Below, in pieces: positions 14,284-32,029 of a stretch of DNA of 64,000 nucleotides. The first letter of the stretch is position 1. Every line of letters begins with the position of its first letter. Source of the DNA: Eledone cirrhosa (taxonomy: Eukaryota). The stretch lies in contig OZ024740.1 in NCBI GenBank assembly GCA_964016885.1, forward strand, positions 122,140,001 to 122,204,000, written 5' to 3'. The notes under the pieces were generated by a model. It ran no database searches, was not told the DNA's origin, and worked only from the letters and a program-made list of their open reading frames with translations. A program made the translations under genes and the position numbers.

Positions 14284-15242
14284 AATCATCCCACATATGC
14301 GTTCGTGAAAAACATATGATGTCCCCGCCGAATGTTCTTGCTATACACTATTTCTCTGTGTGATTCCATACAGTCTCACCCCCTACAGAGCCCGTATCTT
14401 TCAGTTTTCATATTGACATTTAATCGTAATTCTTTCATATTTTAAAACTACTATCCGAGAACGGAAAATACAATTTCAATTATTATATATTGTCTAAATC
14501 CATTACATATACAAAACATTTATTATACGTAAATAGGCCAACCTCTCTTCACATCTCATTTCAATTTTGTCCTAAAAAAATCATATTACATATGCAGGAT
14601 TCTATATTAAACTCACATCATTTTACAAATGTACAAACATTTTATGTTTATGACAGACCGTATAATCCCACGAAACACTAATGTGCTGCTGCTCTGCGTT
14701 ACTTTATTTCTTATATGCCATCACTCAAATCATTCCTTGACTTTCTGTTATCTCTGGCGTCAACGAAATTAATTACACTATCTATAGAACCTAGCCTTAG
14801 GAATCCTTTAAAAAATACGTTATGTCTTATACAATCATTTGCTTCGTGTTTCTTTCTCCTTTGTTCGGTTAAATATTCTTGGCAAAGGAAACAAATAAAC
14901 ATAACCTACCTTCTGGCAATTTTTTGTTCTCATTTAAGGGTTGTGTATGTCAGTGATATTCAGAAATGTTCAATTTGTGTAACATGTGTAATTTTGTGAG
15001 TATATATTGTTTACTTTTGTACCATTTTTATTGAATAGGCTATGTTAATCTTAATTCTATTTATTTTTCCTTCGTTTTTCCTTTATCCTACTTCACAGTA
15101 ATCCAATCTTTCTCTAAAACTATAAGTGAGACTCTATATACTAAGTGGACTTGCTAAAAGTAACACATAAATTATACTTAAACTATGTGGTCTCATCTTA
15201 AAATAACAAACGCCAGGTTACGTAATATACCATATATATATA

Positions 15243-15430
15243 TAAAGATTGAATGATAAAAGGTAGACCCTCATATAAAAAGCTAATTTGTTCCGAGTGC
15301 TTACAAATGTTTCAACAGTAGTTATATAACTACTGTTAAATAGTTATATACCTACTGTTGAAACATGTGTATGCACTCGGAATAAAATATCTTTTTATGA
15401 TGTCTACCTGTTATTACTCATTCTTTATCT
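15243..15430. repeat. Fold-back palindrome with the 3' half of a hammerhead motif
   Basis: Imperfect inverted arms centred near 15340; right arm reads ctactgtt-GAAA-ca-tg-tg-TA, with no CTGANGA. Confidence 0.7.
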
Positions 15431-15583
15431 ACACTCCGGAATGCAGAATGATCAGAAACTGAGTTTCTTCAACTATTCTTTCATAACTCATTGAGTAACT
15501 CCACACCGTACGTCAACTCTATCTAGTGTAGTAATTAACCATTACTGCATTCAGAATAATCCTAAGCATGTCTCGCATAACCT

Positions 15584-18605
<3,022 letters not shown>

Positions 18606-18691
18606 TATTTACTCTAAGGTTCTTATCTATTTGATATATATTTATCCTTATCGAGCTCTCTTTGGATTTTAGTCTTCAAATTTATTATTAT

Positions 18692-18745
<54 letters not shown>

Positions 18746-18859
18746 TATTTGCGTATCGAGAGAGAGAAAGAAGGGAGGATAGGTGATACATATAGTTATT
18801 TGCCAAGTAGCGTATGCCAAAGTTGCTCGATACTAGTGCCGGCAGTATTAAATATTCGA

Positions 18860-21160
18860 AGTGTTAATATTTAGTGGGCTAGAGGATTAGCAGAGCGTAA
18901 GCACGTGGAAATGTAAGAAATCGGAGAATAGACCGTTAAAACATGTTTATTTAAAACAGCACCTACGTACGTTTCGCCCAGTTGGGCTTCTCAAGGGCAT
19001 AAATAACCAAAAGTGTTCCTTACATTGCTCGGAAAGAGTTTTGGGGGTTAGGTTCACGTCAAGATTCATTGTTCGCAAAAATAGCGTGTTTTGATTTTCC
19101 AGCAGGTCAAGGGAGGTAACTCTGGGCGGTGTTAGGGCAGTCTTTCCCTGACACCTTTTTACTCTCTCTCGATACGTAAATATTGTATTACCGTGCTCCT
19201 TTTGTAGAGCATCTCACCTTATTTGCCATTATGTTGGAGCACCAGCCGTTACCCATGTCTCTCAAGTTTATCCCCTTACCCAGCAGAAAAACCTACCTCA
19301 AACTGCTTATAGACGCTACTAAATCGTTTATACGGAGAGTCAGATGGAAGGCCTACCACCTGGATAAGAACACCCGTAACCTTCATGAACCTAAGAGAGG
19401 TGTGGCTTCAAAACATACCGAAACCCACCGCACAACACCTTACTGGACTCCTTTGAGGAGGACCTGCTGAAAATGATCAAAAACGTTAAGTTCAGAAAGA
19501 AACACCAATGCAGCAATCCATTCTTAACGTCCCTTGATACACTAATAACTAAGATCAAGAATGACCCGCACCTCTTCGTCACCTCCGACAAAACCAAGAA
19601 GCTGTAGGTTGGACGCGAGTAAGTATAAAAAAATTAATTTATAAGGAACTACACACAGACTACAAAAAGACACCCTCTAGTACGCTAAATGACATAAATT
19701 GAGTAGGGAAGGATATAGTTACCAGCTTAGAAATAGAAAAGTACACTAACCCGTACGTCCCTCTGACGCCTAGATTCTCTCTTAAGGATCACAGATGTAA
19801 CTTGAATGAAAGCCCCTCTATTAGCCTAATACGCCCCTCTACATCTGATATAGGTAAGATTAGTAAAGTGATCCTCGACAGAGTACTACTGGAGCTTAAT
19901 AGAAAGGCTAAGGACTGCCTCTGGAGCAACACCGACCAGCTCATAAATTGGTTCACCGAGTTGCCGGATAAAGCGACCCTGAAGTTCATCCAGTTTGACA
20001 TAGATAGTTACTACGCCTCTATCTCCCCCATACTCTTAAATAATGCACTCATCTTAGCAAAATCTAACACTAGCCTCAATAAAAAAGATATAGACAAAGT
20101 TCTAGCGGCGCGTAGAACCATTATCCAGTTCGAGGCTCCCACTGGACCTGAACCAACCGTCCTGGTAACTTCGATGTCACGATGGGGTCCAGTGGCTCAG
20201 CGCAAACAACTGACCTGGTCGGGATATACCTCCTACATAAGCTTAGGGACGAGATACCGGCCCTACAAGGAGGTGTATATAGAGACGACGCCCTGTTTAC
20301 CGTTAGGAACAATAGCCCTCGTAGGATAGAGAACCTTACCAAACATATACACAGGTTCTTCAAGTCATACAGCCTATCCGTAACTATGGACCTCAACCAC
20401 AAGGTTGTCAACTTCCTGGACGTGACCCTGGAGTTGAGTACGGGCTTATACAAACCATCCCATAAGCCTGGAGAGTGCCTCTCTTATATTAATTATGCCT
20501 CCAACCAGCCTAAGCAGACTCTCAACTCCATAGTCTATAGTATCTCACATAGAATCTCGAGGCTATCCGCCAATAAGGATATCTTCAACCAAGCGGCAGA
20601 TTACTACAATGGGGCCTTAATAAGCGCCGGCTTTAACCGAGGAATTTCCTACATCCCTAACGCTAGCTCTAGACATCCCTAACGCTAGCGACAATAGCGT
20701 TTAACATTATATAGGGGCCACCTCCGGCCCGTTCAAAATTAGGTTTCTAACACATCTCCACTCTTTCACAAATAAGAAATTAAGACACTCCACTTCGCTC
20801 GCGGACTACATCACACCATTAAAGGACTTAAACATCAGCTTCTCCACGCACTGGGATATTGTCGGCAGGGCTGCCCCATACAACTTCAAGAGGAAGTGCG
20901 ATATTTGCCTCATGGAGCTCTACCACATCATAACTGCACCCCCACGAGCTCATCAACGGCAGAGCTGAAACAGCGATAAGTTTGACACATCGCTTAAAAA
21001 TATCCTTCTTCAGATGGGTTAAGGATGAGGAGTGAGACCGTGTACCAGATCTCCCTGCAACAAATGTTAATACCCCGGCAGGCAGGAGCTGCAAAATAAG
21101 AGCCAGGAAACTAACCATGCATACCAGATCCAGCCTCAAACGACCCAGGCAAACAGGTGT
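18860..21160 (+). mobile_element. Second degenerate PLE (RT; partly deleted endonuclease) with inverted HHR-bearing pLTR upstream
   Basis: SFIRRVRWKAY, LIRPSTSDIGKISK, FIQFDIDSYY, GGVYRDDAL, NFLDVTL. Bounded by (TA)n. Confidence 0.85.
18959..18998 (-). ncRNA. Type I hammerhead ribozyme motif, U3-A8 core variant
   Basis: Minus: gccc TTGAGAA gccca ac tgggc GAAA cgtacg TA ggtgc; palindromic stem III. Confidence 0.6.
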
Positions 21161-21162
21161 GG

Positions 21163-21259
<97 letters not shown>

Positions 21260-21284
21260 AACACAAGTGCCGTATAAATATATA

Positions 21285-21354
<70 letters not shown>

Positions 21355-21444
21355 TATTTATATATATATATATAAAGTTTTTCCGTAGGAAAGTTAAGGG
21401 AAAGGAGAGTGCTCTATGTAAACTACAGGGCTATTTATTTATGT

Positions 21445-21635
21445 AATAAACAACATAAGACAACGATTCCATTTGCCAAGTGTTTCACGACGACAGACGA
21501 GCCCGACACAGACGACTGAAATCGTTCATCAGAATGGAATTTTATTCTGATGAACGACTTCAGCCGTCGGTGTCGAGCTCGTCTCTCTTCGAGAAACTTC
21601 TGGCAAATTGAATAATTGTCTTATGTTGTTTTTTA
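21445..21635. repeat. Fold-back palindrome with an HHR core in each arm
   Basis: Centre ~21540. The minus arm reads CTGATGA acga...tcgt GAAA ca...tg TC; the 5' strand of stem I is lost at the fold. Confidence 0.72.
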
Positions 21636-23710
21636 GATCACTAAATATATATATATATAATATAGAAATGGGTTTTACAAGACTAGAACTGTTTCATTCG
21701 GTGGAAAGCTATTAAGTACCTTACTGTTTTTATCCCCGATTAAACCCGGGATAAACATATATACATATACATATATATAAGCTTGAGATGCAATTTGGGC
21801 AATATTGGGCTGCGCTTTCTAGCAACCAACCTACTCGCCGTAAGCAACCAATCACACTCTTACTGACTTGACCAATGCCACGTCACAATTCTCAGCCATT
21901 TGGAATTCGTGTTTGGCGGGGGCCACTTCAGAAAATAATCTGTCCTATCGATTTTGTCCCCTGAAGAGTTCGAAACTCGAGATTTATCCTTAATAGGATA
22001 TCTCAAAATGAGAACGAAACCCAAGGGTTGGGATTTAATCCTGGTATGTATATAGCATTTATAACTTTAATTTTATACCTAATTGTGTATGGTTGAGCGT
22101 ATATTTAATTAATTTCCACGTGATGTTGAAATGTTGGGTAAAATTCTATAGCGGTTGGCCGCGAAGACGCTGCTATCGTTTGTTTATTTACTGTTTCTTC
22201 ATAGGTGCCTTTTAATCTTATAGCCTGGTCTAATTGATTTTTTGTGTTGTTAATTATGCTAATTGGGAGAACAAATGATGTATATATATTATCAAATGAT
22301 TCTATTGACGTACTTTACTTTATAGTATATATTTATATATATATGTGTGTTTGTGTGTGTGTGTGTGTGTGTGTATTATATATTTAATATAGAAAAGGCT
22401 TCTACAGGCCTAGAACTGTTTCACTCGGGAGAAATCATCATATATATCTATACATATAGTTGTGTGTGTGTCTGTGTGTTTGTGTCTCCTTGTGTGTGCG
22501 TGTGTGTTTGTGTGTTTGTGTGCGTGTGCGTGTGTGTGAGATATTTGTTATGCTTTATGTATTACGGCGCAAAAGCAAATTGTCTGAATAGGATTTATAC
22601 AACGGAATAGTTAAGAAAATGACAATAAACAAAGAAAGGTGAGAGATGTACAAAGAAGTTTGAGAAGAATATTCAAGGAAAAGAATTATTGTTTCATATT
22701 TATCTCGGAAATCTGCTGGAGGTATATCGTATTGAAATGCGTTACCAAATTAGAAAGTGAAAATGTGTTCCAGAGTTGAAAGAAAGTTAGATGCTATGTG
22801 GAAGAGTTGAGTGGAAAAAGAAATAAAATGTTGGGAGAAAAAGGGAAGTAGATAGAAGAGATGAAAAACATACATACATGACATGTTGGAGTAAGAATTG
22901 GGTTGGTTGAATGAAAACTGAAAAATGAAATATGAATAAAATTATATATGTATATTCATTATCTTATTGATTTTTTTTTTTTTTCCTAATAATAATTTCT
23001 TATAAAGCTGGAAGAGTGTTTTAGAAAGATTTACAGCAAAACAAAAAGTAATAATGGAAAAAGAATATCAAGTAAAATTAAAGATCGTGATGTATAATGA
23101 ATAGATAGAGAAAAATTATAGAACATTAAAAGGTTTAAATATGTTGATATATAATGTTAAACGGTTGCTTGGGAATTATTTATGGAGCTTCTTTGCTGTA
23201 AAATATTTGTGTAATTTTCCCTAAGAAGCAACAATGAAGCATTGGTGAAATCAATCGAGCAAAAATGAACGATCTTTATCAATTAGATTTCCTATGTTTG
23301 AAATTCTGAGATATTCGAAGCCAGAAATACTGGCTCGATGAAATCTCCTTCACAACAAATTGTCAGCGATATATTTGTATTAGCAACTCTTCACTGCTTG
23401 AATGCAAAGGATGTATTCATTTTATATATATCACAAAAGAAGGGGAAAAGAAAAGATAGCGAACATCAAAGGTTTCAAATTAATTGAATTTAAATCGAAC
23501 AATAATCTAGAGTTAAAAAATAGATAAACACTAGATGATACTAAAGAAAGAAAACGATATTCATATGTTTCCACATACTTATTTCAATACGATATTATTA
23601 GAATTATGTGCATGCATAAATATTTGAGTGACTGTTGCTTTGTATGAATGTGCGTATGTTTGTAGATATATGGGCACACGCATGCCTATGCACACACATA
23701 CATACACGCA

Positions 23711-23753
<43 letters not shown>

Positions 23754-24499
23754 ATATGTGTGTGTGTGTGTGTGTGATTTACTAAGTGGCGTGGCCTCAC
23801 ATCTCTCCATTTGTATTAATTCTTGAAAATCATGAAATTTGTGAAACCGGTAAAGTTAAAAGTTTTGAAATTTTCAAATTCCGTTTCCTATGTTGCTACG
23901 CTTGTGGAACATTAAAAAGAATTACTTTCGAATATGTATATATATTCATCTTGAGGTTTTCACACCGACATACCTGTAAACATATAAGTATGTGTATTTA
24001 GCATATCTAATGATATACAGTATATTTACGAATAAATACATGAAAATATTTATGTATATATATTCAAAGCTGATATCTTAAAGCCAACTATCGAATACCA
24101 GCAAAAGCAGGAGAAGTTAACTGCCGACCATAGTTTCTGACTGATGGTCCTAATCAAGGCAGTGCTCGCCTTAACATGTTCTCTGCTGGAAATGAATATA
24201 GGCGAAAATATATATTTTTGACGCTTAAGTACATCGCCTAATTAGCCTCATTTGCATGTGGAGTTGCCTGACGGTTTGGTTTAACATAGAATTATGTTCT
24301 TTCTCGCCGACATAACTGTAAAGTTATTAGTATCTATATTTTGTATATAGATGTGAGCCATTATTAGAATGTAAACAGTTTACGTTTGAATTGATGCTCG
24401 CATCTTTCACGGAATAGTGTTCATAATGTTATTTATGGTTTACAAATACAAAGACACACACACTTTTACACGCAGAAATATTATATATATATATATAGA

Positions 24500-24632
24500 A
24501 GTAGTTACACAAGAGTTAGTTCAACATACCGAAAACTAATGTTTCGACTTATGCGGATCTTCAGGTGAGGATCAGCACAAGGTGAACATTTGTTCTCGGT
24601 ATGGTGAACTAACGCTTGTGGAACTATTACTA
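24500..24632. repeat. Short fold-back element with a minus-strand HHR-like core
   Basis: Inverted arms about 24500-24545 and 24585-24630; minus CTGAAGA tccgcataagtc GAAAC at 24541-24564. Between (TA)n tracts. Confidence 0.6.
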
Positions 24633-24686
24633 CCAAACTAATCCCATAGACTGAGTTCTCTACTACTACGGATATAACCCTCCTGT

Positions 24687-24726
<40 letters not shown>

Positions 24727-26744
24727 TATAAATATATATATGCACTGTATATATTCTTTTACAGGTCACAGGTTACAGCCAGCAAATCCATATTTGTTGG
24801 CGTATATACATATTTTACATACAAACTTTGATGTGTAACTTGTTTGACAGTGATTGTGTGGAAGACTGTCTCAGAGATCATTCCTGTTATTGAGTATTTG
24901 ACTTAAACCCTCGCTTTTATGAACACTACCACCGTAATAACCTCTTTGCTAGGGTATATGTAGCCTCGAAAATCTCCCTGAGTGTTGTTCTTCCCTTTCT
25001 CCAATTGAAGCACCATATGAATCATATAAAATAACTATCACTTATTGTTCACCCTATCATCTATGATCCCCCCCCCTTTTTTTTTTCCATTTCATCTGTC
25101 TCTCTGTCTCACTATCTTGTCTTCTCTCTCTGTTAATATTTTACGACGTTACATTTGGTCTTCGTCAACATATTTATAACCTTCATTTTCTTGTATATAC
25201 GAGATCCTTTGAAATTTAAATCCAAAAGTTTATAAACAAACAATACATAAAAAAAAACATTTCGACGTTAGTCGAAATACTGTCTTAGAAGCAAGAAGAT
25301 TAACGTAATTTAGTAATGGCATTATTATGTTACATATTGTTAATTTGTTCCTACTTTAATAGCGGTTTAACACTCTCTTATCTTATTAGAATATTCTATA
25401 GATATAAATATGCCTCCTAACTAGGAAACATAATGTTCGAACAATTATGATTTCTTTTAACTAAATCGTATATATTACTACTAATAGTTATTAGAGGAGA
25501 ACTAAATCATGTTATCACTATTTTGCCCGAACTCACAAACAAGTAGAAAGATTTATCAGAGTGATCCCTGTAGTCTAATATGTATGTAATGTCCTTTAAT
25601 TCTTTCAATAAATATTTTAAGTATCCAACACCAAATATATTAATGCATTTGAATATCCAAAGATTATATATATTAAAACAGAACATATAATAATTGAACA
25701 GCGTTCAAGTTTCATTAGTACATTTGATATACCCGTATGCTTCATTCTTCCCTATATATATGTCTCATGTTGTCATATGTATTCAAATTATAAATGTGGA
25801 ACTGCACTCAATCGGTGTTATCCACAAATACATATGCATGCTCAAACATGTGTATTTCGTTGAAACCCAATATATAATGGAAGCGTTTTCTATGTTAATC
25901 ATTCGAACTCTGTGAAATCTGATTAAATATTGCTCTATAGAGAGGTTAATATTTCATTTTTGTTCGTTTCATAAATGAAATAACTTTTCTCTTATGAAAA
26001 TATAACAAATTCGTTTGATATTTCGCATTTCAATTTTTTTTTCTCTGATTCAATTATTTCACATACATCAGAAGATGTAAATATATCGAAAACATCAGCA
26101 AAATCTATAAATATAAACAAACTAATATGAATTATATTCAAATGAAGTATAACTTTAGAGATTAGTCTGTCCAATAATATTACAGATATTAGCTTTAATG
26201 AAATTCAGTCAATTAATAGAAGTCACCAAAGTCACCAATGACATAAAGAATTACGAAATCAGAAACTAGCAGGCCTGCTACCATATTTCTAAATACAAAG
26301 CACGATTAATCAAGCTTTCTGCATTATCATTATCAAACAGTCACAATGTATATACATTGAAAAAAAAATCCCTTGAGCGTAAGTATCTTATTGTTAGTTT
26401 ATTAATGATGATGTGTTTCGTAGGAGAATGTGGTCTACAGATTTATATGTTAATGTAACACAGTAAGAATTCGTTAGAAACATTTCACAAAGACCTGGAA
26501 TTATGTAACATATTTTAATGCTTATTCGTTATGTCATCTTCAAGAAATTTAATTCTTAAAACAAATTTATAAAAATGTTCAAGATTTCAAATATAATTTC
26601 ATTTTAAGCCTTGCTGGGATATTTTCATTTTCAGCACAAAGCTTTTCTGAAATGAAAACAAGATATAGCTTCGAAATGTAAATATTTCACATTTATATGT
26701 GAATTCACTTTCAGTTTAGATGGGTGATGTAACGAAAAGACGCA

Positions 26745-26803
<59 letters not shown>

Positions 26804-26859
26804 TGTATACGTACATACATATAAGTATAGTAGTATGTATATATATACATACATGCACA

Positions 26860-27517
<658 letters not shown>

Positions 27518-28191
27518 GTGTGTGTGTGTGTCTGTATGTGTCTGTGTATGTGTCTGGGTGACTGTTTGTGTGTGCCTATGTCTCTATGCGTCTGTCTGTG
27601 TATATATACGGAGTCGAATTTAATATTAATTTAATAGAGATGACAAAGAAAAATATGTTAACAAAATGTTGTTTTAAAATGTTGTATGCAAATATGTAAA
27701 GTTCAAAATATTTTTTCCGGTTAAGAACACTAAGTGACACGCATCGTTTTAGCGAGTATTAGATACGTATAAACAATATTTTCTTCCTTTATCCTGCCTT
27801 AACTTCGTTACATATGTATATAAACGGCTAGTTATATTTTAAGATCACTTTTTGCTTGTTATGGCGCAGGTACAGATGTGTGTATCCAGCTCCCCTCGCA
27901 GTCAGTTTCTGGATTCAATTCAGATATACACCCCAATGGCAGTTTTCTGCCACCATGGCCTAAGTTCTACTCAACATCTACGAGGAAAGGTGGGTTGAAG
28001 GTGAATATGAAGAAGCTTATCGGATAAGCTATTCAAATATATATATCGTTAACTACCCTTTTAGGCCGGCGTTGCTCGTGTTTGTTCATTTCCTATGAAA
28101 GGTTACATACATGTAAACGTGGCTTGAAAGCGAATAAGCTTATCAGTTAAGTGCATACAGCAGTTGAACCGGATATTAAAAGTTACGAACC

Positions 28192-30865
28192 TAAAGGAAA
28201 TAAATGTTTCTCTTTGTTGAATATAAGTCACCAATTTAGCGGAGAAGTATTTAGAAGTTGGTAAGGTTGCCACGAGGAACCAGGTTTGGTAGAAAGATAT
28301 GATAGGTATATCGACCACGACTTTAGCTTGTTTTTACATTATTTATTAACAAAGGTTGAGCTGGCATGCCAAGAGAAATTAAACAAACGAATTAAGATTC
28401 CAGAAAGACACGGGCTACTGGCTGAGAGAAGCGTTGCCAGGCCGTGGTTAAATTGTTGTGTTACATATTGGCTAGTGATTTCACGGCGCAAGAAAAATGG
28501 TTGTTTACATTAGCACGGTCGAAGCTACGAGTCATAGCGTCGTCAAATCTTTGCGGGCTATTTCTCCCTCAGAACGCCTAAGAATACATCCTCTTCTACT
28601 GGCGCTGATTGGCTGAGCTGAGCCAAATCACGCACAGAGAATGTATGTGAGCCCGTGGAATGTAGGTCACTACATCACCTCCGAGCAGATTTTTAGCCGG
28701 AAATCGTTAATGATGAAGCCGAGGACCCACAGATTATTGAATCAACAAGAACAAATGCTGAAAGAGCACATCAGTGAAAAAATAATTGAGCAGAAAGATG
28801 CATGCAAGAAAAGAAAAATGAGGCGCGACGGGCCGTGTTGAGCCGCTGTCAAATGACTAGCTGTTTTGTAGTTTATACGTGACCACCAAAGGTCTACCAG
28901 AAAACAGATAAAGCCTGACATGGGCGAAGTTACTGTTCTTGCATTATGGTAGTTTACCAGTGCTGGCAAGAAGATGATGGGTAGGCAAGAAAATGTTGGC
29001 CTCCCAGATGTATTGCCGAATGTGCTAGGGAGTCAGGAAAAAATGGCTGGTTGCTTTGATAAGAAAAAAAGCAAGCTGAATCTGTAGGTGGGGTGCAGTC
29101 CCACAATTCGGGTGAATCCACAGAAGTGGTGTAAATGCTGACAAGTCCAGTTCTATTTGTTGTTTTCCCGGTGAGTTGGGTAAAATAACAAGATAGAGGT
29201 TGTTATGGACGATGAATGTGCAACGAGATGCGAAACTGTTTGAGTTCAGCTGCAATTAGCATTTTCGTGTTGCGGTGCATGTGAATTAAGCTGCAAGTGT
29301 CGATAGTATGTTTTGGTACCTCCAGAAGGTGAAAAGGGATCTCGCAGAATATTACGACGCTTGAAGATCACATACCATAGATAACAACATGTTGGTGTGT
29401 GTATATATGCAGGCATGTAATACAGCAAAGAAAATGTGTGCGTGCGGTCACATATGCAATGATAGAGAGAAATGAATTTTCATATAATACAGTTTTAAAA
29501 AAATATATGTCCAAAATAAATGCCTGAAAAAAAAAAAGGAAGAAAGAAAGAATTGTTTCTTTTCCTTTAACAAAAAGTTCGCTTCTTTTTTCTTTGGGAT
29601 CGCTCTTACTAGGTAGCTAGCAGAGTTGTTGTTGTTAAAGCAAAGTCACAATGAATCTTCTGTAGAGTAGAAGTCGAGGGTTGAAGAACCCATAGTCACC
29701 GATATGGCAGCCACGTCTGACGCCATAATGGTGAGAAAACTAATGTCTTAATTTCTCGAGTCCTTGTGGTAACGAGACAGAAGGTATGGTGGTTGCGTCG
29801 GTAAAGTTACAAGCCGTTTCCTGGTGTTGGTTAATAGTTAGCCATGTGTTGCTGCTGATGGGTGGTACTTGGTGGTAGCTGTTTTGAAATATACTCGTGG
29901 CGAAAGTTTTGGAAATACTGGTAATTTTTTTTCCAAAGATATTCTAAAGAAAATTTGAAAATATTCTAAAGAAAAAAAATTATTTTCCATGATGGCCGAT
30001 CGAAAAATGTGTCCGTGAAGAAGAAGCCGTCATGTGGCACGATGCAGCCAATCAGATGGCTGGGATTGAAGAAGACAAGCTGAACGCGGGAAAACAAAAT
30101 TTCTGAGTCTCCATTTGTAATTTCAACAGAACGCCGAACGCAAAATTCCACATCCAGAGAAATCCTTTTTCTTTTAATTAATTTTTTTTGTGTTGTATTT
30201 TTGTGTTTGTCTGTATGCGTGCTTCAACAATTGGAATATTATGAATTTTATGGACTTACACTAAGTGAGTCTAGCTACCGATTCGAACATTCCAAATGTT
30301 AAGCCATTCCACATTGCCGTTAAAACGAATGGCGAATTCAAATAGACAGCGTTTTCATTCTTAATCGTCGAGGGACGCCAATAAAGGAAAATAATGTCTC
30401 TCTTTGTTGAATATAAGTCATCAATTTAGCGGAGACGTATCTAGAAGTTGGTAAGGTTGCCACGAGGAACCAGGTTTGGTAGAAATATATGATAGGAATA
30501 TCGACCACGACTTTAGCTTGTTTTTACATTATTTATTAACAAAGGTTGAGCTGGCATGCCAAGAGAAATTAAACAAACGAATTAAGATTCCAGAAAGACA
30601 CGGCCTACTGGCTGAGAGAAGCGTTGCCAGGCCGTGGTTAAATTGTTGTGTTACATATTGGCTAGTGATTTCACGGCGCAAGAAAAAATGGTTGTTTACC
30701 TTAGCACGGTCGAAGCTGCGAGTCATAGCGTCCTCAAATCTTTGCGGGCTATTTCTCCCTCAGAACGCGTAGGGATACATGCTCTTCTACTGGCACTGAT
30801 TGGCTGAGCTGAGCCAAATCACGCACAGAGAATGTATGTGAGCCCGCGGAATGTAGGTCACTACA
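28192..30865 (-). mobile_element. Internally deleted Gypsy-like LTR element
   Basis: ~483-bp direct repeats 28192-28674 and 30382-30865 starting TGTAGTG on minus; PBS TGGCGTCCCT at 30380-30371; purine-rich GGAGGTGA before the 3' LTR; 4-bp TSD AACC; faint RT-like remnants. Confidence 0.8.
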
Positions 30866-31044
30866 AACCAATTAGCATTTTGGACAATCAATGATGATTT
30901 AAACATCTTCCAATAGCGAATTTAGCAGACCAAAGTTGCAAGATCGTGGTGCTGATGCCGCTGGGTGTCAGATCTGCCCGCCATGGTTGACCCTACCAGG
31001 AAATAGTTTTACAGACGTCATAGCTCCAACACCTGCACCAACAT

Positions 31045-32029
31045 CTATAGCACCTCATTGTAGAAGATATTGCGTGTCATCCCTTGAGGAGTGTAAGCAA
31101 TAAGTCCATTCCTGCTCCCAACGCGGGAATAGGCAACATAAAGTCGGCCATGGGAGAAGCATGGCTCCCCCAAATGGATACCCGCCACCGACAATGTTTG
31201 CCTTTGTGACTTGTTAATGGACATGACAAAACATTGTCTCACCGGGAATTGGGATCGCCGGAAATCGAACGGGATATCTGACGCCGAGGGGAAAAGATTC
31301 ATCCTTGGCAGTGTATTCAGCAGTGTATTCAGTATGGGTATTGTCATATTAATATTTAACCAATGAAAGTCGTCAAAAATGAATAATTTAAACATTCCGA
31401 TTCATGTGTCTATAGCATTAATCTGTTATATGAAGTGTTATTTTGCGGGTTGTTATTTGCAATAAGCCGGTTTAAAATACCCCAGAAAAGCCGTATGTCA
31501 ATACGGAACTCCAATGACTCCCCCAGCAGTTAAATTATAGAGAGGGGGAATAATCTATTCTAGAGAGAGGAACGACGGAGAGAGCAAAGCTAATACATTA
31601 TAGGGAGGTGTGTTAAACCTTAAATGAAGAGAGTAAAGCAGTTAAATTATAGAGAGGGGGAATGTTCTATTATAGAGAGAGGGAAGAGCGACAGAGAGAC
31701 CGTTATGACTATGTTTGTTGTTGTATAAAATGATGTGTTGCTTAGTTTTCAAAGTTTATGTCGCGTTCCTGAACGAAGTTTTGTCGCTGTTGGGTAGTAG
31801 AGAGAGTGAATAAGCGTGTAGGAGAGAGTGTTACAGCAAGTATATTTAGATTTATCGATTTTTTCATAGAGGCAGGACATTTTTGGCAAGGTTTATTACG
31901 GGTTGACCCTACTTAGTAAATTTGCAGCAAATTGGAAAAAAGATCTTAAAAATCAGTAGAGAAATGTGGAAATGCATAAAAATCATACACACACACAGAC
32001 AGACAACTTCCTTTTTATATATATTAAGA
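31045..32029 (-). mobile_element. Helitron derivative with C-terminal PIF1-like helicase fragment
   Basis: ORF 31045..31395 RSQFPVRQCFVMSINKSQRQTL..GIHLGEPCFSHGRLYVAYSRV; 5' TC terminus at 32029 with a TCTG repeat. Confidence 0.82.

Noticed and set aside
21117-21446. YI/IY/CV/TH-repeat ORFs here and throughout the window
   Set aside because: Translations of (TA)n and (CA)n microsatellites.
29020-29110. RKKWLVALIR resembling a THAP domain
   Set aside because: No C2CH ligands in frame; lies antisense within the LTR element interior.
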